Shown one piece after another: positions 61,946 through 64,000 of a stretch of DNA of 64,000 bases. Within the stretch, counting starts at the first letter, position 1; every line of letters begins with the position of its first letter. The notes below the pieces were generated by a model that was given only the letters and a program-made list of their open reading frames with translations, had not been told where the DNA came from and made no database searches. A program made the translations under genes and the position numbers. The stretch is from Pavona decussata (taxonomy: Eukaryota): positions 1,364,001 to 1,428,000 of the forward strand of contig CDRNST010000082.1 of assembly GCA_977016875.1 (NCBI GenBank). The letters run 5' to 3'.

Positions 61946-64000
61946 TTGTTTCGAGACAACCGATTAACAAATTTGCGTACCTGTCAATCATTTTAATTTC
62001 ACCTTTTTTGCACTAATATTCAACTTTCTGCACTCAATTTCACATTTCTGCACAACCAATAATCAGCCTTGAAAGTAATAAATTGGTCATATTGCAAACT
62101 CAAAAATTAGGCTAATAAGATCATGAATTAGGAAATCGATTTCTGTGAGACTTCTTTTTTCTACACCAAATGTCACAAATATCTAAAATCTCTTTAGGAA
62201 AAGCACAGCCCTTGAAATCTAGTTTAAAAATATGCTAAACAGAGACATCATGGTGGTGACTCTACTGGCATGTGCGTTCTTACTATCATGATATTTAAAT
62301 TATGCATGTCTTTATATCTGAGCATTGTTGTCAACTCCATATAGATAAGAAATTTATTAAAATTATTAAGAAGATAATTTCAAACATAATTCCATGTTAT
62401 TGCCTGTTCAACAAACTTATAAAGGCCACTTTGGTAAGGATTTCCATTTAAATAAAAACACAGCGGAGTTTGTGGGAGGCTGACCCACAAGAATGCTGGA
62501 ACCTGGGAACCCGAGGTTTGGTGTTGGGTTTATGTTTAACACAACGTCAAATTATATACCAAATGGAAACGCCAGTACTTGCAACCAAAAATCTGTTTGT
62601 TTTTAAATGAATCTGACTTCTGAGATTGAGTACTACCCATAAAAACCATCCTCAATTGGGCTTTTGATGAGAAAATCAAAGTGTTGGTGGTTTGAAGCTA
62701 GGTCTATCCCTAAAGTGTTGAAAATTCACTACAGCATTGACTCTCTCTACCCAGGTGTATTGTTAGGAACTGGCAAAAAAATGCTGGGTAAACTGTAATG
62801 GACTCATTGATGAGGAATTTTCTGGTGAAATTTTGTTGGTAAAAGGTCACCTTTGAGGATATAAAAAAGCAACTACCTTGATGTTCTTGGATTTATGGTC
62901 GAACAATTAATTTCTCTTAAATAAATTGCATTCAAATGATGAGATTACAAAAACATTTCCGTTGAATGTTGTTAGACTTCTAATATTCATTTTCATAGTT
63001 ATAAGAAGGTATAAGGCATACACAAGAGATTTTGATGTGTTTGTGTTCTGCATTGATTTCTGTAATCTCAAGTTTAAGAGCTAACCCATTCCCAGTCCTG
63101 GTGTCCCTGGGCAAAAACGATTTGGTTCCCACTTTGCAAGGATGACTGCAGTTTGTTTAAAGCTTCTAACATGATAAATACTAAAGTTTGGGGGTTATGT
63201 CTACTAGGATAGTGGATTAGTTTTAGACATTTTGCCCCATGCATTTAATTTCTCCTTCACTGATACACTTGAGTAACCCCCCTTCCCCATGCAGCTCCGG
63301 CTTTATTTGGAACAAAACTATAAAAATTCCTTGGGCTCATAAATTGGTTTGTCTTTGTTGTTTTCACAAGAACTCCGAGTGGCCTCTTGTAACCTTCTCA
63401 CTTCTTTAAATTTTTCACCTTAAAAATAATGGTTTCAAAATAAAAGATCAAGTGGGAGTTGCTGTGGTTGAGGGGAAGTTTTCAAAGATCCATGTTTCAC
63501 CTTTTTCCTTTTATGAACACATGAAAACATTATACAATTCTTATATTAAACTAAGCAAAAGGGCAGGACCTTGACTTGTAAATCATAAGTTGCATGGGAC
63601 TTAGTAACTTATTTTCCAGTGTTGGTTCTGAACATTACAACGTATTGATGAAATAAGCTTAAGGGCTTGTTGCATTTACATAAAAACCGAAAAAAGGGCT
63701 TTATTGGATGCAAGGGTAGTGAATTAGAAACCTATCTACCTTGGATGAGAAAAAAAAAATAAAAAAACAGCTCCTATTAAGGTTCTAGTATTAAATAAAA
63801 ACGAGCCATTAAAATGACACTGAAGCAAATGTTAGCTAATAACTGATTTGCTTTTTTCCCCAGCAATCAAACGATTTTTGCCTGCATCCCTCTTAAACAA
63901 AGCCTAAATTATAATTGCTTAGAAACTCGATGAAAAACTGCCGGTCACTTTTAGAAAATCAAACATTTACACATTTACATTTACATATATTATTATTACA

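Overview
Eukaryotic, AT-rich, repeat-rich genomic DNA with canonical GT-AG introns. The repeat repertoire resembles that of an anthozoan or coral, but that is inference. The window is dominated by two tandem minus-strand paralogues of a 12-exon giant gene: copy A at 11574-29497 and copy B at 40902-58237, each about 3,500 codons when spliced by hand. Each encodes an unusual fusion: an N-terminal 12-TM Patched/NPC1-like sterol-sensing (RND-fold) membrane domain, joined within the same exon to a single-module type I PKS/FAS-like enzyme (KS-AT-DH-degenerate ER-KR-ACP-TE), followed by a basic PH-like C-terminal domain. Copy A is open. Copy B keeps all exons and catalytic motifs but has one in-frame TAA, followed by CTAG, inside the membrane domain. 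The rest of the window is transposable-element debris: a defective PIF/Harbinger-type element with perfect TIRs, several MITEs, LINE 3' ends, BEL/Pao, Kolobok-like and Crypton-like remnants, a foldback element with a 9-bp TSD, and mini/microsatellites.
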